This document shows positions 1 to 10,209 of a stretch of 64,000 nucleotides of DNA, in pieces; the first letter of the stretch is position 1; every line of letters starts with the position of its first letter. Position numbers and translations under genes: made by a program. The notes beneath the pieces are model-generated. The model worked only from the letters and a program-made list of their open reading frames with translations. It was not told where the DNA came from and did no database searches. Source of the stretch: a virus (lineage: Duplodnaviria; Heunggongvirae; Uroviricota; Caudoviricetes); the IMG/VR virus record IMGVR_UViG_3300012324_000010; one strand, 5' to 3'.

Positions 1-250
1 GTGGTTGTCCGTCCGCTTGCCAAGCTCGGGGCAGGTCAGGGCGTGGGGTGATCATCCACGGGTCAGGTGCCCATGCTGTAGGGCTTGGTGCTCCTGGGTT
101 TACGCATGGTACGCGGCCTGCTTCGTTTACGTCTCCAACCATGATGATGAAGTCTGATGGTTCGCCGCCTTTGACGTGTCGGTTATAGCCGCACCACATT
201 CCTATGCAGTTGGCGCGTTCTTGTGGAGTCATATCTGCCAGTGTTTTCAT
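1..250 (-). CDS. hypothetical protein, 5'-partial in window (runs off the left edge); GC-rich
   Basis: Minus-strand ATG at 248-250 preceded by AGGAGG (rc of 258-263). Open frame continues to window edge (MKTLADMTPQERANCIGMWCGYNRHVKGGEPSDF...). Not in ORF track because it has no in-window stop. GC far above window average. Confidence 0.45.
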   Translation of the reverse strand, partial: MKTLADMTPQERANCIGMWCGYNRHVKGGEPSDFIIMVGDVNEAGRVPCVNPGAPSPTAWAPDPWMITPRPDLPRAWQADGQP

Positions 251-1146
251 TTCTCCTCCTGTTTCCTAGCTGTTGTGAGTAGAGCTAGGGCGGGTTCTTG
301 GATGTTTTGGTGTGTTCATGTTTAAGTATAACGTACTCCTTGCTGTGCGTCAATGCATGTTCATAAAACCCTAAAATTTCCTCATACAAACCACAACTCA
401 TATACTAAAACCATGGCAAACAACGACTGCACAACCATGATCAATAAACAACACCTCGCATGCGAGGGGAATACTAGCATTCTGGGTTGTCATTGTTGCC
501 ATAACGAGGATCACCCCCCCCAGCATACGCGGGGAATAGTGTAAAATAACATATTTTTCTTTCTATGGTTGAAGCTCGGGGTATCCGGCTATCTTTGCGG
601 TGATATCTTCTAGTTGGTCTTTAACCCATGCCAGTGCATTTCTTACAACAAAGTTTTGGGTTGTTATAATCTCAGTATCAATATCGCGCAATAATAATTG
701 TTTGAGTTCATCTCCTGACTCTTGGGTAAGTATAGTTCCGTCGAGTTTTTCGAGAATATCAAGAAGTTCATCGCGGGCAAATGAGACTGTCCACGTAGAC
801 GTAGGTATCTACCCCCAGGGGTATTCTTACCAAACAGTGCACCACCAGCCACAGTCATCACAGGGATAGCCACAAAGATGATCCAAAAAGACACCTTCCG
901 CTGCCAATGGGCAGTACTATAGTCATTGGCAAAACATGTTGACAATCTTTTTCATAACCTCTCCTTATAATCATTATATGGTGGGAGTAAAACCTGCTAT
1001 ATAATACATATATGACAAAACACCACAATCAAGAAGATTCATGAAATAATAGCTAAGGAAACCACGGGGCTTGTCCCCGTGGTAGTTGATCTATGAGTAA
1101 TATTGGTTGAGTAAATGGTGATATTTTTCCAAAGTCATGGTGTCTT

Positions 1147-1668
1147 TTACCAACCCCAGCGCAGCACCTTGCAAGAAAGTCCTGCCAACGCTGCTTCGGA
1201 GAAAGTCTTGTCAAGCATGTTTGACCAATCCCTCTTCCCACTCTTCAGATAAGGGGGGAATCCGTTAAGCGCCACGATAGTGCCCACAGGCGCGTTCTTG
1301 TAGTCCTCTGCCGTGGTCAGTGTCTCCGGGTGACCTGGATTGTCCGTAATCTCCACCAGCTTGTACTCCTTCCCATTAGGGACAAGCGAGTCAGGTGAAA
1401 ATCCCCCTTCATTTGTGACAATACAGTCAATACCCTCTTCATAACACATCATCACCACTTCGTTATCTCCTGACATAGTTGCCCCAGCCAGGTAATGCTC
1501 ATCATCATCCCATTCCGCGTCTGCCATTGTCACCGGGGAGGTGGCACCCAAAATGATCTTAGCGGCGGCGGTAGCTGACTGACCATATGTATTCTCCGGC
1601 GCAGATGTAATGCTCTTAGCCCACTGACGGGCTAGGCGCAGAAGCTTTGTGTCAATATCATTATTCAT
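1147..1668 (-). CDS. hypothetical protein (moderately GC-rich relative to window)
   Basis: ORF-track 1147..1743 trimmed to ATG at 1666-1668 preceded by AAGGAG (MNNDIDTKLL...); no recognisable domain. Confidence 0.55.
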   Translation of the reverse strand: MNNDIDTKLLRLARQWAKSITSAPENTYGQSATAAAKIILGATSPVTMADAEWDDDEHYLAGATMSGDNEVVMMCYEEGIDCIVTNEGGFSPDSLVPNGKEYKLVEITDNPGHPETLTTAEDYKNAPVGTIVALNGFPPYLKSGKRDWSNMLDKTFSEAALAGLSCKVLRWGW

Positions 1669-1822
1669 AGGTGTTCTCCTTGTGTTGGTTGTTTTCCGTA
1701 TTTGTGCTTGAGTATATCGCACAGTGTAAATATTGTCAATCAAGGTTAGCTAGCCTATGCCTATTGTTGTATACTAAGTGAATATTCACATTAATACATG
1801 ATACAGAGAGGTGTATAATAAC

Positions 1823-2830
1823 ATGCCTGCACAGAATACTAACCCTGGTCATTTTGGCCCTAAAGCCCCACCTGTGGTGTTTGGGCGCAAAAATCTTGAT
1901 TATGTAGGTGGTAATCACCCAGCTACTCCAAAAACCTCCGGTAGTGTGTCTAGCATCCGTGATGATTTCAACAGTGCTCCAAGTATTAGTCCAGAGGACA
2001 TCAGTGAGGAGACCTATTATGCTTACCATGATTCCCTTGATGATATGCTCAGTGATTTCGACATGATTGGTGAGCCTTTTGTTAGCGCTACTGTGGGTGG
2101 ATCATGGTCTGATGTAGACGATTTGACTGACACTTTGGCAACCATTAAGGCAGATGAGGCTGAGGCTTTAGCTCGCGGCGAAGAGCCAGATGATGAGGAT
2201 CTTACTGACTACTCCCTGGAAGTTAATGTGAGCACGGGAAATCAGCTAGAAAGCCTTACTAATAAGATTTTCCTTGGTATTGAGCCCTATTTTAGGGATG
2301 GGCATCGCTACACCAGTGATGAACAGGTGCCTGAGGAGTGGGTGAATACCAGCCGTGGAAACATCTCTGTTGATGGTAAAACACTCCTGGAAGGATCAGA
2401 TGATACTAGAGATAAGCTCCGTCAGTTGTCCGAGAGCTTAGAGTATCTGGAGTCTGATGGTGGTGTGATTGACCAGAACCTCTATTATGAACTAGAGGAT
2501 ACAGCAGCCAAGAATACTTTTGGGCCAGATAGTGATGTGCGCTTTATTATCAGTGATCTAGTTGACAATGATCTTGAGAGCCATATTTATGACAATAGGG
2601 ATGACGAAGAGTTCAATGAAATATTCGACGAGGATCAGTACATAGAGGAGAGGACAAAATTCTATGAGGATCAACTCACTTTTGACAGAATGTATATGGC
2701 CTACTCAGATATGCGAGCCGAAGAAGGTATCTATGATGATTATGTAGATACCGGAGATCCTAATACTGGATACTTTGATGTGGATATGCAAACCTTAAGC
2801 AATGTAACTATGAGAGTATTAGATTATTAG
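1823..2830 (+). CDS. acidic hypothetical protein
   Basis: Long ORF; ATG at 1823 with GAGAGG upstream (ORF-track 1811 is a GTG with no spacer); very D/E-rich. Confidence 0.6.
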   Translation: MPAQNTNPGHFGPKAPPVVFGRKNLDYVGGNHPATPKTSGSVSSIRDDFNSAPSISPEDISEETYYAYHDSLDDMLSDFDMIGEPFVSATVGGSWSDVDDLTDTLATIKADEAEALARGEEPDDEDLTDYSLEVNVSTGNQLESLTNKIFLGIEPYFRDGHRYTSDEQVPEEWVNTSRGNISVDGKTLLEGSDDTRDKLRQLSESLEYLESDGGVIDQNLYYELEDTAAKNTFGPDSDVRFIISDLVDNDLESHIYDNRDDEEFNEIFDEDQYIEERTKFYEDQLTFDRMYMAYSDMRAEEGIYDDYVDTGDPNTGYFDVDMQTLSNVTMRVLDY

Positions 2831-3365
2831 GTTACTCACCAAAAAAGATATCCCCTCTGCGATCATTATCAGAGGGGATATCTTTGTGTGTAGTCCGCAG
2901 TTGTCGTTTTTGTTGATCAATCATAACCACTGTTGTCTACACTTCAAGATGAGTCAAGAGGTACTCACTAACGTATGCACAAAAACCCCAAGACCCACAC
3001 TGCGCATAACATTACAACTGTTGTCCCTGCATAAACTCTGGGTTAAAAACCAAAAAGTTGATCATTAAATAAGAACCAATCATCCCTGAAACTAAAGATT
3101 TTGGGGCTTTTTAGATGATTTTCTTGATAAACCTCAAGATTGAGTTGCTTAGTTGAGGTTTAATCTCACTTATAGGATAAGGATTTACTCCACAGACGGA
3201 TGCTAAATTGTCTACAAGGTGCATTGCTCATGCACTAACACGTACCTCTAGAAGGAGTTGCACCCTCACAAGCACCTTATAAGAGTGCTGTGTTAACCGT
3301 TACACCACAGAGTCTTAACTTCTACATGAAATCATTCTGGCAAATAATATGGTCTCATGTAGAGA

Positions 3366-3440
3366 GCGCCCCTGAGAGGATTCAAACCTCCAACCTTCCC
3401 TTTAGGAGAGGGGTGCTCCATCCCGTTGAGCTACGGGGGC
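3366..3440 (-). tRNA. tRNA-Arg (anticodon CCT, tentative)
   Basis: Cloverleaf on minus strand: acceptor gcccccg/cggggc, D-arm gctc..gagc, anticodon loop CTCCTAA, T-loop TTTGAAT; one acceptor mismatch. Confidence 0.75.
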
Positions 3441-3513
3441 TTGTATGACTAGATATCCACTGTGTCAACCACTATGGCTATCTAGTTGTTATGTGGAAGA
3501 TAATCACTTGCCA

Positions 3514-3589
3514 TGGTGCCCCCGGCAGGATTTGAACCCGCGACACATGGGGTAGAAACCCACTGCTCTATCCACTGAGCTACGGAGGC
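3514..3589 (-). tRNA. tRNA-Arg (anticodon TCT), CCA encoded
   Basis: Minus-strand cloverleaf gcctccgtagctcagtggatagagcagtgggtttctaccccatgtgtcgcgggttcaaatcctgccgggggcacca; anticodon loop TTTCTAC; GTTCAAATC T-loop; genomically encoded CCA. Confidence 0.85.
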
Positions 3590-4109
3590 ATGTGTTCAGC
3601 CAATGAAAGCAACCTTTCATGACAACTACCATTTAACCACAGTATCATCTTGATGTCAAGAACAACTCTTCCAAGGGTGTTCAAAGTCCTTTGTCAAGCT
3701 GTTCCATGTGAAAGGAAAGACCCAAGATGTATTTGCAGGAAAATCATCCCTACAAATGACACTGATTATCTCAATACTAGATAATCAGTGCGGGAAGTGC
3801 AAGCATCACCCTATCAAAAAGCACACCATCATAATGTGATGCTTATCACTTGTGCGGTTATGAAGTTGTCATCAGATGATGAGGAAACAAGGAGGAGGAA
3901 AACAGCACTATTTTCTACAATAGCGCACCTCATCACCAGTTTCTGGTGCTCTCATCGGCTGACATGAACTACTATAGCACTGCGCAAAATAACTTGTCAA
4001 CTCCCTTACCCGTTTTCACTTAAATGCTGCTGTTTTGCTATTGTTTTAGTCATTCATACAGTCTCATTTTTCAACATGAAAACAACCTACTAGATAAAGG
4101 AAAAGATTT

Positions 4110-5243
4110 ATGGCAACTCTTACTTTTGATGACTTGACATCCAAAGCACTCAAATGGGTGCTTTCTGGTGCAGACAACTCTGATTATGGACACTACATTA
4201 TAATCTCCATTGACAAGGATGGATTTACTAAACTTTCCACCAACACTCCTTTTGGACGCTCTTTGGAGATGCAGGCTGAAAACACTGAAGGTGAATACTC
4301 TGATGTAGCTTTTGCAGCTTCCACTCTTTCTGGTTTGGCTAAAAGTGTAGAAGAAGGAGATCAACTCACTTTAAACATTGACAATAAAAAAGATGTTGTC
4401 TACATCTCACTCGCTTCTACCACTATCACAGTAGATAACCTCTATGATGTATGTCCTGTGGTTGCCAGTTTGCGCGGAAAGACCACTCTGACCACCGTTG
4501 ATGCTAGTTCTGTAGCTCAGGCTTTGACTACTGCTACAAAGATGCTTCCCAAAAATGGTGATGTAGCTATTGATTGTGATAGTGATCGTTTGACTGTTTC
4601 TGCTATTTCTTCTGAACTAGTTTCTAGAGAAGAGTTCCCTTCTACTCTTCCCGAAGGTGAAGAGTCTCATATTCTTGTATCAGGAAAGAAGCTTTCTCCT
4701 CTTAATGCAGTAGTGCGCACTGGAATTGTAGAGGATATGAAGATTAAGGAAGAACGTGGTGTGGTAAGTTTTGTCTTCCCTATCCATGATGATTCCATTG
4801 GTATTGATGCTTTGTCCATGAATGTTTCTACCGCTGTAGAAAACTACAATGGTGAAGGAGGAGAGTTCCTTGATGATGAGGAAGATGAGATCGCTACCTT
4901 GTCTATTTCTGAAGTCAAAGAAGCTCTTGCTCCTTTGACTGCTGTTGTCTCTGATGCCAATGTCACCATTGATACTACAGGCGCTCATGGTGTATCTCTT
5001 ACTATTACCTCCAAAGGTACAGCTGCAAAAACCATTGTTCTAGATGCTGAAGTGGCTTCTGGCACTACCTATACAGTTTCTTTGTCAATGTTTATGGCTG
5101 CTTTGAAGAACATTTCTACTGCACAGGTTATTATCTCTTCCATTTCTGTTGATAATGAACCACTGTGGTATATCCTTACTCCAGATCATGGTGATGATGA
5201 CAACCCTGGTGAAGATCTCATTGTTGCTATTCCTCTTAGGTAG
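4110..5243 (+). CDS. DNA polymerase III beta sliding clamp-like protein (divergent DnaN homolog)
   Basis: 377 aa, SD AAAGGA; three-domain-length protein with DRLTVSA/TLTxxD type segments and a C-terminus ...LIVAIPLR resembling the DnaN ...VVMPMRL end. Weak similarity, pattern-based only. Confidence 0.5.
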   Translation: MATLTFDDLTSKALKWVLSGADNSDYGHYIIISIDKDGFTKLSTNTPFGRSLEMQAENTEGEYSDVAFAASTLSGLAKSVEEGDQLTLNIDNKKDVVYISLASTTITVDNLYDVCPVVASLRGKTTLTTVDASSVAQALTTATKMLPKNGDVAIDCDSDRLTVSAISSELVSREEFPSTLPEGEESHILVSGKKLSPLNAVVRTGIVEDMKIKEERGVVSFVFPIHDDSIGIDALSMNVSTAVENYNGEGGEFLDDEEDEIATLSISEVKEALAPLTAVVSDANVTIDTTGAHGVSLTITSKGTAAKTIVLDAEVASGTTYTVSLSMFMAALKNISTAQVIISSISVDNEPLWYILTPDHGDDDNPGEDLIVAIPLR

Positions 5244-5262
5244 CCTGAGGGATACTTGATAT

Positions 5263-5303
5263 TGCACCTTTTGCTTTTTTAAAGTTGAAAGGTGCATTTT
5301 TTG
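5263..5303 (+). terminator. intrinsic terminator after clamp-like gene
   Basis: Hairpin gcacctttt...aaaggtgc followed by T-run ATTTTTT. Confidence 0.6.
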
Positions 5304-5314
5304 TGTCCCTTTTA
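5297..5314 (+). repeat. polar intergenic motif TTTTTGTGTCCCTTTTAG (copy 1)
   Basis: See finding: one of at least 16 same-strand copies. Confidence 0.8.
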
Positions 5315-5653
5315 GACCTGTGTAGTGCATATGCAACACTTTGTGTTCCTTTTTGAAGATACCTGATGAAAGTTATTTCCAACAATAATCTTTTGATTTC
5401 TCCCTCAATAAGATCAAGGGGAGAATACAACTTTTTTACAGCATTATTACTGCCACATTTTTCAAGTTGGTTATTTATATTCGTGAATATAAATGCAATG
5501 TGCATGCTTTGACCTGCTGTTTTATAACCACTACCCCCATTTTCCACCCCCGTAGAAGTCAAAAAACTTGCGCTGTTCATCTTGCTGTGTCATACTAATA
5601 ACCACAAGGAAAAAACACACCATATCAACACTTCTTAAAGGAGAAAAAATATC

Positions 5654-8221
5654 ATGCGTTATAACACTGGCGTATCTACTATCAGCAATGCACAGTCTAA
5701 TCTTATGACTGTAGATCCTGACAAGGCTGCAAAGGTAGCAGCAATGCTTGTCAACAACTACACCTCCTATGTCACCCCTGTGCGAGAGGTGATCATCAAT
5801 GGTTTGGAAGCTGTTGAGGGTCAAGAAGATGGTCATGTCACAGTAGAGTTTGATGCTCAACAGGAAAAGGCTAGTGCTGTTTTCTCCAACTATGACATCA
5901 ATGGAGAGGGAGACTACATCATTCATATCACTGATAATGGCTGTGGTATGAGCCATGACTTTGCTAAGAACAAGTTTGTTCACCTGACTGCTTCCAGCAA
6001 GGATGACTCTGATGATTCTATTGGTGGCTTTGGTATTGGTGCTAAGGCTGTAGCTTCCATTTCTCACCACACTGTATTCCGCACTGTTCAAGATGGTGTT
6101 GCTACTGTCATTGTCTTTGGTATGTCTGACAAGGGTGCTACTACCTCTGTGAGTGATCCTATGGAAGTAGATGAACCTAATGGTACTAAGGTATCTATCC
6201 ATGTGGATCGGGATACTTTCTACAGTATTATCTCTGATATTGAGGATCAGTTCCTTGACTGGATTGATCCTGAGACTCCACTAACTGTTTCTTCTCCTGA
6301 AAGGGATTTTCAGGTAGGCAAGAAGTCTCAGGATACATTCCATTCTTATGCTCATAGCAATGGTGTTGTAGTTCACATGGTAAAGAACAATGATAAGGGT
6401 ATGTTTAGTTTTAATCCTGCTGACTCTATGCTTCGCTGTGTAGGAATGCCTTATCCTACTACTAACTCTATGAAAGATTCCTATGAGATTGGTACTTCTT
6501 TTGTCAGGGCTTTGAACGGTGTTATCCCAGGAGCGCAAGTAAGAAACAATAGTTTCTACCTCATCATTGATGTTCCACCACGTGATATCACTATTGACTC
6601 TAGCCGTGAGCGTGTAGCTGACACTGTGCATCTTCGCACTGTCATTGATGAAGCTATTGATGCTGCTGTAGAGGATTATGCTTATAGCATTGCACATAAC
6701 CTTAAAAACTCTAAGGATAGCCAGGAGTTTTTTGATAAGATCGCCCAAGGTTTTCCCTGTGTTGGACTCACCCTACGTAGTGGAGCATTGGGCAATGCTA
6801 ACTCCATTGTGGAAGATTACACTACTTATGTAGAAAAAGATAATGATCTTGAGGGCAAGGGCATCTTTATTATCAATGATGAAGATGATAAGTGCTACAA
6901 GAGTGGCAATCTGTATGAAATGGATAATGATTCCATTAGGTACATTCTTGATGCGTGGCGTGCAGAGTCTATTTCTCGTGTTTTTGCAAGCTCTGACAGT
7001 ATTGATGATGCTTTGGGTGTTGATACACACAAGTGCTCTTTTGTGGTAGTTGTTGATACCAAGAATGGTGGCTATACTACACAGATCAACGGTGGCGGTC
7101 TCTATGATAAGATTCTTCCAGATTCTTTCTTGAGTCTTTTTGATGACAAGGAAGACATTGATCTTACTATGGAACTTGTTAAGTGGCATCTTGGCATTGA
7201 TGCTTATACTGCGCCTAAGAGCTACCATGCTATCCGCAAGTCTATGATGACTCGTGGGCGTAGCAAGGGTAAGAATGGTTCCCATTCTAAGCGTGAGATC
7301 TTCTCCTATATTGACAACAATGGAAATCGCAAGATTGTCACTGCTGGTGATGCCAATGATATTCTTACCCAGTGGAAGAATGATAACATTTCTACCCTTG
7401 TTCTGCTTCAAGACAACAATGACAATACTGGTCTTGACTACTATCAAGAAACACTAAAAAACATTGACAAGGTTGTTCAAAAGGTCTATGGCACAGATCA
7501 CAAGGTAGTATTTGTTTCTGCTAAGCGTTGTGATACTGTGGCAAAGAATGTGCGCATCTTGAAAGAAAATGCTGACAAGGCAGTAATGGAAGTCAATGAA
7601 GATATCTTTGATGGTAAAGATGTCACAAACTCTATGTCTCATATCACCAAGGATATGTCTCAAGGAATGGGTTTCTTGTTCTTTGAAAGCTCTCTAGACA
7701 ACTTCTTTGGTGGGGAATATGTCAATAGTGGAATTGGATACAAGTGGCTAGATGCTGAATATGGCAATGGCACTATCCAGGATATTCTTGTTGATTACTT
7801 GAATCTAGATCCTGAAAAGTATCACAAGGCTAAGGAAAATATCATTGAAGCCATTAATGTTGTTTCTGATGATGAACCTCAATCTCCTGATGACACCTCT
7901 GTAGATTACTACCGTGCTATTACTGGAAGTGCTATTGTTTCTGCATTCCACAAATTCTACTACAGCCTTGGAAACAAGGACAAGACACTTGACACTGTAG
8001 GAAAGCTCTTTGCTGATGATGCAGATTACGATGAATACACCCGCCGAGTGCAAATCCTTTTTAACGTTGTAAACTATACTTGCAAAAACCATGTTGGATA
8101 CAGTGGTATTAGCAACAAGGAATCTGCTAAGTTTATGGGTAATACCATTGCTACTGCTCAGGAACTTGCAGACAATCCTGACTCTTTGGCAACTCAAATG
8201 ATGACAAATGGCTGGGTGTAA
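5654..8221 (+). CDS. GHKL (Bergerat-fold, MutL/MORC/Hsp90-type) ATPase domain protein, 855 aa
   Basis: Strong SD AAGGAG. N-terminal motifs EVIINGLEAV (N-box-like), HITDNGCGM (G1 box), IGGFGIGAKAVASIS (G2 box). The rest is acidic with no recognised Toprim or QTK motifs. Confidence 0.65.
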   Translation: MRYNTGVSTISNAQSNLMTVDPDKAAKVAAMLVNNYTSYVTPVREVIINGLEAVEGQEDGHVTVEFDAQQEKASAVFSNYDINGEGDYIIHITDNGCGMSHDFAKNKFVHLTASSKDDSDDSIGGFGIGAKAVASISHHTVFRTVQDGVATVIVFGMSDKGATTSVSDPMEVDEPNGTKVSIHVDRDTFYSIISDIEDQFLDWIDPETPLTVSSPERDFQVGKKSQDTFHSYAHSNGVVVHMVKNNDKGMFSFNPADSMLRCVGMPYPTTNSMKDSYEIGTSFVRALNGVIPGAQVRNNSFYLIIDVPPRDITIDSSRERVADTVHLRTVIDEAIDAAVEDYAYSIAHNLKNSKDSQEFFDKIAQGFPCVGLTLRSGALGNANSIVEDYTTYVEKDNDLEGKGIFIINDEDDKCYKSGNLYEMDNDSIRYILDAWRAESISRVFASSDSIDDALGVDTHKCSFVVVVDTKNGGYTTQINGGGLYDKILPDSFLSLFDDKEDIDLTMELVKWHLGIDAYTAPKSYHAIRKSMMTRGRSKGKNGSHSKREIFSYIDNNGNRKIVTAGDANDILTQWKNDNISTLVLLQDNNDNTGLDYYQETLKNIDKVVQKVYGTDHKVVFVSAKRCDTVAKNVRILKENADKAVMEVNEDIFDGKDVTNSMSHITKDMSQGMGFLFFESSLDNFFGGEYVNSGIGYKWLDAEYGNGTIQDILVDYLNLDPEKYHKAKENIIEAINVVSDDEPQSPDDTSVDYYRAITGSAIVSAFHKFYYSLGNKDKTLDTVGKLFADDADYDEYTRRVQILFNVVNYTCKNHVGYSGISNKESAKFMGNTIATAQELADNPDSLATQMMTNGWV

Positions 8222-8235
8222 CATTTAGTAAATAG

Positions 8236-8273
8236 AAAACCTCTCCCCTTAGTGGGAGTGGTTTTCATTTTTT
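8236..8273 (+). terminator. intrinsic terminator
   Basis: cctctccc cttagt gggagtgg hairpin followed by TTTTCATTTTTT. Confidence 0.6.
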
Positions 8274-8284
8274 ATTTTCAATGA

Positions 8285-8298
8285 TTTTGTGTCCCTTT
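8285..8298 (+). repeat. polar intergenic motif TTTTGTGTCCCTTT (copy 2)
   Basis: same family. Confidence 0.8.
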
Positions 8299-8453
8299 AG
8301 AAGTATTCTATCCTGCATACTAGACAACATTATTGCTGTATGATACAATTGCTCATGTAAGAAAAACACACCAGAAAATATCAAAAAATGTAGTATATAT
8401 ACTTGTCAGAACAATGACTGACTGATATACTATAAAGTACACACTAATCCTAT

Positions 8454-9299
8454 ATGAAAGGAATAAAGGCAATGGCTCAGCCACTATCTTTTACTATCAT
8501 TTCTCAAGATGACACTTCTATCCTCTCTTTTGTAGATATGACTACAGGACAGTCTGGAAATCTTCCACAGTGGTCTAGTCTTGATGAGAAATCACAAAAC
8601 ACCATCATGGATATTATTAAAGATCCAGAAAGTGTAGATGGTGATGCTATCAAGGCTATCTATGATGCAGCAAGCAACTATAACTCCAATGCTATTCAAG
8701 AGATCCGACGTAAGCTAGGTATCAAGGTAGGTCTTGACAATATCTACATTGGTTCTATTGTTTTGCCTAAGACTTTCCAAAAGCTACTGGGAAATGTTGA
8801 AACACTAGAAGAAGCACAAAGCATTGTTGCTTTTGCTAAGGATCTAGAAAATAATCCTGGTGAGCACTGCAAGGAAGCACTCATTGAGTGGTTAGTAGCT
8901 AATCCTAGCTTGTCTTTCGCACCAGATGGTCGCATCATTGGCTACCGTGCAGTTGATGACAAGTTCCTTTCCTATCACAGTGGTTATGGCATTGTCAATG
9001 GAGAAGAGTTTTCTAACTCTAAGCTAGATAACACTCCTGGAAATGTTTTGCAGTTCCCTCGTTTTATGGTAGATCAAAATACTGATAAGCATTGTTCTAT
9101 TGGTCTCCATGTGGGTACATGGAAGTATGCTTCTACATTTGGACATCAAAAGCACATTTCTGTTGCTTTCAAGGCTTCTGATGTAGTCTCACCACCATCT
9201 GATGCTTATCAGGAGAAGATCCGAGTTTCTGAGTTTACCGTTCTAGAAGAAATCACTGAACCCTACCATGACACCATTGTTGTAGGTAAAACCTACTAA
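8454..9299 (+). CDS. hypothetical protein
   Basis: 281-aa ORF directly downstream of GHKL gene; alternative start at ATG 8472. Confidence 0.55.
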   Translation: MKGIKAMAQPLSFTIISQDDTSILSFVDMTTGQSGNLPQWSSLDEKSQNTIMDIIKDPESVDGDAIKAIYDAASNYNSNAIQEIRRKLGIKVGLDNIYIGSIVLPKTFQKLLGNVETLEEAQSIVAFAKDLENNPGEHCKEALIEWLVANPSLSFAPDGRIIGYRAVDDKFLSYHSGYGIVNGEEFSNSKLDNTPGNVLQFPRFMVDQNTDKHCSIGLHVGTWKYASTFGHQKHISVAFKASDVVSPPSDAYQEKIRVSEFTVLEEITEPYHDTIVVGKTY

Positions 9300-9343
9300 T
9301 AAATCAAGCACCATCACTTTTTTAAGAAAGGACACTTTATACT

Positions 9344-10192
9344 ATGTCTAAGATCATTACCATTTTTTCTAATCCTGGAACCTATAGCTCTACGCTTCCA
9401 TCTTCTTCAGTATCTGACAAGGTAGAAGATAACAAAACTCTTACTGCTTTGGGTCATACTGTCGATGAAAAGAACTTTGCTAAGTCTCGTCATGTAGCAT
9501 CTCTTTTCAATGCTATTTCCCGTGGACGCAACGTTCATACCACAGCACAGCGCATTGGTCTTGTTTCTGATCATCCTGGCAAGGGTGACAATGATATTGA
9601 ATATCTATCAGAAGCCATGAAGAATATCTATGGCATTCATGGTGATAATGCCATTCTGGGTAGCATTGAGGTAACAGATGCACAAATGGAATACCTAGAA
9701 TCTAATCCAGCAGCTATGGAGGTATTCATTGATAATGCAACCATTCAGGCTGATAATCTTTCCTGGGATAAGGAAGATGTAGAGCACCGTGAGTCTTTGT
9801 GTGAAGAAGTTCACTCTTTTGCCAATGATGTCAATGATCTCATTGAACTAGCATCTCATGCAGAATATGAAGATGATGACTGGGGCAATGAAGATGACTG
9901 GGACAATGAAGATGATTGGGATGATGAAGATGATTGGGGTGACTGGGGTGTTGAAGATGACTGGGATGATGAAGATGACTACGGTGTAGAAGAAGATGAT
10001 GAAGTTTCTAGTGCTGGGGTCAACTCACCCTCACAGATCAAGGATGATGAATATATCAGCATTGATGATCTCAGCCCACATGCACAGCTTGTAGTGCTAA
10101 CCCCAGAAGAACTAGAGAAGCTGAAAAAGCACCCACGTTTTGCAAATGCAGAACAGCTAGAGCTTTCCTTTGATGATGTAGATGATGAATAA
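9344..10192 (+). CDS. acidic hypothetical protein with tandem EDDW(D/G)N repeats
   Basis: 282-aa ORF, SD AAAGGA; approx. 9871-9990 is an 18-bp tandem repeat encoding DDWGNEDDWDNEDDWDDEDDWGDWGVEDDWDDEDDY. Confidence 0.6.
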   Translation: MSKIITIFSNPGTYSSTLPSSSVSDKVEDNKTLTALGHTVDEKNFAKSRHVASLFNAISRGRNVHTTAQRIGLVSDHPGKGDNDIEYLSEAMKNIYGIHGDNAILGSIEVTDAQMEYLESNPAAMEVFIDNATIQADNLSWDKEDVEHRESLCEEVHSFANDVNDLIELASHAEYEDDDWGNEDDWDNEDDWDDEDDWGDWGVEDDWDDEDDYGVEEDDEVSSAGVNSPSQIKDDEYISIDDLSPHAQLVVLTPEELEKLKKHPRFANAEQLELSFDDVDDE

Positions 10193-10209
10193 TCTTTCTG
10201 TATCTTAAA

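Noticed and set aside
353-945. Small ORFs at 353..544 (+), 600..869 (+), 664..945 (-) in the left non-coding region
   Set aside because: They overlap one another on opposite strands and have no convincing SD. The region contains a C8 homopolymer and may be a decayed or regulatory segment. No call made.
3445-3475. ATATCCACTGTG between the two tRNA genes as a DnaA box or oriC upstream of the clamp-like gene
   Set aside because: It is a single imperfect box with no accompanying box cluster or AT-rich unwinding element. It is much weaker than the cluster at 48779-48834.
5654-8221. Calling the GHKL protein DNA gyrase B (to give a dnaN-gyrB pair)
   Set aside because: Beyond the Bergerat ATPase boxes there is no recognisable QTK loop, Toprim EGDSA motif or GyrB-like C-terminal region. 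The rest of the protein is idiosyncratic. Kept as a generic GHKL ATPase.
4680-8224. Multiple long minus-strand ORFs (4680..4988, 5531..6202, 6281..6748, 6773..7447, 7805..8224) overlapping the clamp-like and GHKL genes
   Set aside because: They lie entirely antisense within long, SD-preceded + strand genes and have odd composition (Ile/Ser/Leu-rich). They are typical shadow ORFs of AT-rich coding sequence.
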